From contig CDMY01000635.1 in NCBI GenBank assembly GCA_001179505.1, positions 1 through 64,000 on the forward strand: a DNA stretch of 64,000 bases, given 5' to 3'. Positions 60,193-64,000 of the stretch are shown piece by piece. The DNA comes from Vitrella brassicaformis CCMP3155. Its lineage: Eukaryota; Protista; Chromerida. The notes beneath the pieces were generated by a model. That model was not told the DNA's origin. It ran no database searches and saw only the letters and a program-made list of their open reading frames with translations. Each line of letters begins with the position of its first letter. Position 1 is the stretch's first letter. The position numbers were made by a program, and so were the translations under genes.

Positions 60193-61027
60193 CAATGTGA
60201 CCCCCTCCCGCCATCTGCAGTAATGGGATCGAATGGCCGGCTTGAAAGGGGGAGGGAGATGAGTCTCTCTAGTGCCTTGAGCGAGTGGCATTTGGAATGA
60301 GTGGATCATGAGCATGTGCGTGGCCGTGTCTGTCTGACTGAGAGGCCAGCAGAGGGGAGGGAGGTAGGGGAATCGACGATTGGGGACTCGGGTGCTGCTG
60401 AATGAATTGTTCACGTTGATTGCTGTACAGTACAAGAGTGTTGGGCTTCCAGTCGCACACACACGAAGACACAAATATATAAGGGGTCGACGGAAGCACG
60501 CCAGGCAGCCTTGTCGGTGCTGTTAACTGTGGTGCATGAATCCATCAACACCCCCAGCTCCTCAACGATGGAGTGGGACTGCAAGGTGCGCGCCTGGTGC
60601 AGGGCAAGGCCACACACACCTGCAGTGCCATGCCCTTGTCAGCTGCCGGCAGATGGATGGATGGATGCACTATTCACTCGTGCAGCACACCAAACAGGCT
60701 GTCTATCTGTCTATCTATCGACATACAGACCAACACGGAAATAAAAAGCTTCCCCACACGCATTGCATTGCATCTGCTCTCGGCTGGGTGTCGGTCAACA
60801 GTCGCCGACATGACATAGATGGACAAACACACAAATCCCCTTTCAATACACACAGGCACACTGGCACACAGGCAGGCAGGCAGACATGGGAGGCCACGGT
60901 GAAAACCCAAATAAACGTCACATGCATCCATTAGTGCCCCCACTAACCATGCCGTCTGTCTGTCTGTCTGTCTGTGGTTCGCTCCCCTTTCCCTCTGTTG
61001 CTCCCTTGGTAAGTGGTAAGTCGTCAG

Positions 61028-61138
61028 TCACACCCATGGGGTCCACCCGCCGTACATGAGGCAGAGATTCCCCTTGTCCATGGCCGCCTGCATCAGCTCA
61101 TCCACCTGACACTCTATCGACAACAATCCTCCACGGTC

Positions 61139-61169
<31 letters not shown>

Positions 61170-62377
61170 GGCATACACACAAATGCCAATCACTCCATCC
61201 ATCCATCCATCTGACACAACAGCCAGCCATGCATCTTCCTTCATCCGATGCCCACCTGCCCGGCGCTTGCAGCGGGTCTGTCCGACACGGTCTCTCTGCG
61301 ACTGAGCACATTGCCGCTGCCGTGTGTGTGGTGTGGGTGGTGGGGCTGCTGGCCGTCAGGTGGCACGTAGTCCTTTGGTGGTCCGATGGGCGCGAAGTTG
61401 ACCATGCCTCTGAGTTTCTTCTGGACCTGGTTGACGGACTGCTCGATGCGGTGCTCCAGGAGCATGACCTCCACCTCCTTGGCGTCAAACCCCACCATCG
61501 TCGTGGGCAGCTGACGCTTGGCCGCACGCTCAGCCTCACTCATCCAGTCGAACAACGGGTCGTACAGAAAACCCTGAGTGAGCCAACACACGCAGCGTGT
61601 GTGTGTGTGTGTGTGTGTTGTGGTACCTCGAAGACGGAGAGCAGGGTGTCTTTGTTGTCTCTGAGGACCTTCATGATCTTCTCGCACTGCAGGCGGAAGG
61701 GCCCCTCGATGCCCAGCGCACCCAGGCCGCTCACCACGTTGGGCGTCAGCCGAAACGGCACCACCTGCATTATCATGGACACACACACACACACACACAC
61801 ATGCACACACACAAGGATGCAGTGGGTGCATCCGTATGTGTGTCTCATGTGAGTGGGCCTTCGTCAATCGTTTGTTCTGCCCGTTCCTACCTCAGGGATG
61901 CACAGCTCGAGTCCTTTGCCGAAGATGCAGTCGAAGTCGACGTGCACCACCCCGCCACTCACCGTGTCCAACAAAATGTTGTCAGTGTGCCTGCAACAAA
62001 CACCACACATCCCGTCAGTGGCTGCACTGCACACCCCGCCCCCCCCCCCCCCCCCCNNNNNNNNNNNNNNNNNNNNNNNNNNNNNNNNNNNNNNNNNNNN
62101 NNNNNNNNNNNNNNNNNNNNNNNNNNNNNNNNNNNNNNNNNNNNNNNNNNNNNNNNNNNNNNNNNNNNNNNNNNNNNNNNNNNNNNNNNNNNNNNNNNNN
62201 NNNNNNNNNNNNNNNNNNNNNNNNNNNNNNNNNNNNNNNNNNNNNNNNNNNNNNNNNNNNNNNNNNNNNNNNNNNNNNNNNNNNNNNNNNNNNNNNNNNN
62301 NNNNNNNNNNNNNNNNNNNNNNNNNNNNNNNNNNNNNNNNNNNNNNNNNNNNNNNNCCCCCCCCCCCCCCCCCCCCC

Positions 62378-62410
<33 letters not shown>

Positions 62411-64000
62411 CTGTCCCCGAGTCCGACGACAAAGCCGACCATGCTCCATGCTGCAGTGGAGCTGACGTACTGCCGGCGGGCCGCCACCCACGACATGGCG
62501 TCACTGCCGTAGTGAAGCATGTACCACCTAAACACATACACACACACGGCGGGCTGAACGTAGGCTGTGGGTGGGCATGTCGGCTGCTTGGTTGGTAGGT
62601 TGGTTGGTTACTTGTGGAGTGCGGGTGGCCATCGCTTGATGGCGTGCTCGACGTAGAGCTTGTAGCGGTCTTTGAACTCCTTGTTGTTCTTCTGGTCGTT
62701 GTACCGCTGAGTCTGATGGATGACAGATGACACACAACACACACCAACCAGCACAGACAGACATTAGTGGCTGCTCTCCTGGTCTGGTCGGTGTGTGGGT
62801 GTGTGTGTGGGTGGCTGGGTGCGGTGGCCAGACCAGGCCGAGCATGTCTTGTTTGAGTCTGGTGAGGGTCTTGGTGCCCTGGAAGAGCACCCGCCAGGCC
62901 TCGAACAGCACGTTCCGCATCGTGGTCGTGTACGGCACCCACTCGATCATGCCCGTCACCTCGGTCAAGGTCACCACGCTAAACGTGCGCAGCTGCAGTT
63001 AACACACACACAGCCACAGCCACAGCCACACCATACACACAGAGGATCTTCTGGGTGGCATACGGATGCAGTCAGTCGCTCGTTTCGTGTTTGTGTGTGT
63101 GTGTGTGGTTTGTGTCGTGTCGTGTCGTGTGCACCTTACCTGTATGTCCTGGGTTTCCCGTTTGTGGCTGAAGAGGTAGTTGCATAGCTGTGCGACTTCC
63201 ATGATGCGGCTGTCCTTGCGCAGGTCGCCCTTCTCCTCCTGCTTGACGAGCCAGTGGTACTCCCGGCCGTTGCTGGCCTCCATGGTGATGCGCTTCGGAC
63301 GCTGCTTGGACCGCATGATCTTGACCACACTGCCGAAACGAGACAACGTGATCTGCACACAGCACAGGCAGCATCACATCACAGACAGCCACAGCCAAGG
63401 AGAATAATCCGGCCCATGGTTTTGGCTGACTGCTATCGTCGTGTGCCGTGCCGTGCCGTGCCATGGTTGATCTGTTTCTTTCTGTGTGTACCACACCCAC
63501 CTGTCCCTCATACGCCGTATGTGTGTCAGTGTTGGAGTCCCATAAGGTGTTATCGGGGAAGCGCGGGCGGATCTGTGCCTGCCGGTCGTTGAGTGGCCCG
63601 TCCCACGGCTCGGGGGCGGCCTCGGGCATGCGGGGGGACAGCTGTGAGAGGATGGGGACGATGATGCCGTGTTTGGGGTCCGGGCCGCTGTTGAACCTCT
63701 TGAGGTAGTCCCAGTACCAGGGGTCCTTCGAGTCGATGTGATCTCTCCTGTCGATGTTGGGCACGCGCGACATGGTGTCCTTGGCGATGATCTCCATCTC
63801 GTGAGAAAAGTGGTAATACCTAAACACACACACACACACACAGACAGACACACATGCCGGCCGGGATGGCTCACTGTTGCCGAATGTGTGTGTGTCTGTC
63901 TCACTGACTCATCGAAGAGTCCTTCCAGTTCTCGACGGCCGCGATCTTGCCAAGTGCGATGACCATAGACCACCTGCACGCCACACACGCCAGCACAGCC
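61028..64000 (-). CDS. ATR: ATR/Mec1-type PIKK kinase, 3' part (kinase domain + FATC); 5' end is outside the window
   Basis: IMRSKQRPKRI, KGDLRKDSRIME, LRTFSVVTL...GMIEWV, STAAWSMVGFVVGLGDR|HTDNILLD...HVDFDCIFGKG...PE|VVPFRLTPN, FLYDPLFDW, FATC LSIECQVDELMQAAMDKGNLCLMYGGWTPWV* (stop at 61028). Confidence 0.9.
62039..62408. other. Assembly gap (300 N, 62057-62356) flanked by poly-C (18 and 23 nt) and (TG)n, inside an ATR intron
   Basis: Seen directly. The flanking exons join in phase as GLGDR|HTDNILL, so no kinase exon is needed in the gap. Confidence 0.95.

Noticed and set aside
61013-62942. Long plus- and minus-strand ORFs spanning the second gap
   Set aside because: They are artefacts of N translation, poly-C/G and antisense reading of ATR exons.
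1-64000. CRISPR arrays, rRNA, tRNA, intact transposons or LTR elements, prokaryotic operons or defence systems
   Set aside because: I saw no spacer-repeat arrays, no recognisable rRNA or tRNA sequence, and no transposase, RT or integrase motifs. The DNA is spliceosomal-intron-rich and eukaryotic. Small RNAs cannot be excluded without a covariance-model search.

Overview
This is intron-rich eukaryotic nuclear DNA: GC-rich, with short GT-AG introns full of (CA)n/(GT)n, GGAT and GACA microsatellites. The intron style and an apicomplexan-type 6-TM phosphodiesterase suggest a chromerid, probably Vitrella brassicaformis (inference). Splicing exons by hand gives about 20 genes: a J-domain protein, a pseudokinase, IFRD, NHL-repeat/BTB, ATG16L, a TM cyclic-nucleotide PDE, two EF-hand/WD40 proteins, EEF2KMT/FAM86, aspartoacylase, C11orf54/DUF1907, an acylated MORN protein, a metacaspase, a DCAF5-like protein, type I asparaginase, GPALPP1/DUF3752, a HAD_SAK protein, an FtsJ-like methyltransferase, a SnoaL-like protein and the 3' part of ATR. 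There are also a lipase-maturation-factor fragment, two frameshifted coding relics and two 300-N gaps. I saw no rRNA, tRNA, CRISPR array or intact transposon. Main points of interest: (1) a metacaspase with Ala at the catalytic Cys position, head-to-head (103 bp) with an MGQCAC-MORN gene; (2) a fully degenerate pseudokinase; (3) an intronless ORF broken by two single-C deletions; (4) repeated head-to-head pairing, three pairs about 100 bp ATG-to-ATG; (5) a predicted secreted HAD_SAK protein; (6) an FtsJ-fold protein lacking the usual catalytic residues. All family calls come from recognising motifs by eye; no database searches were run.
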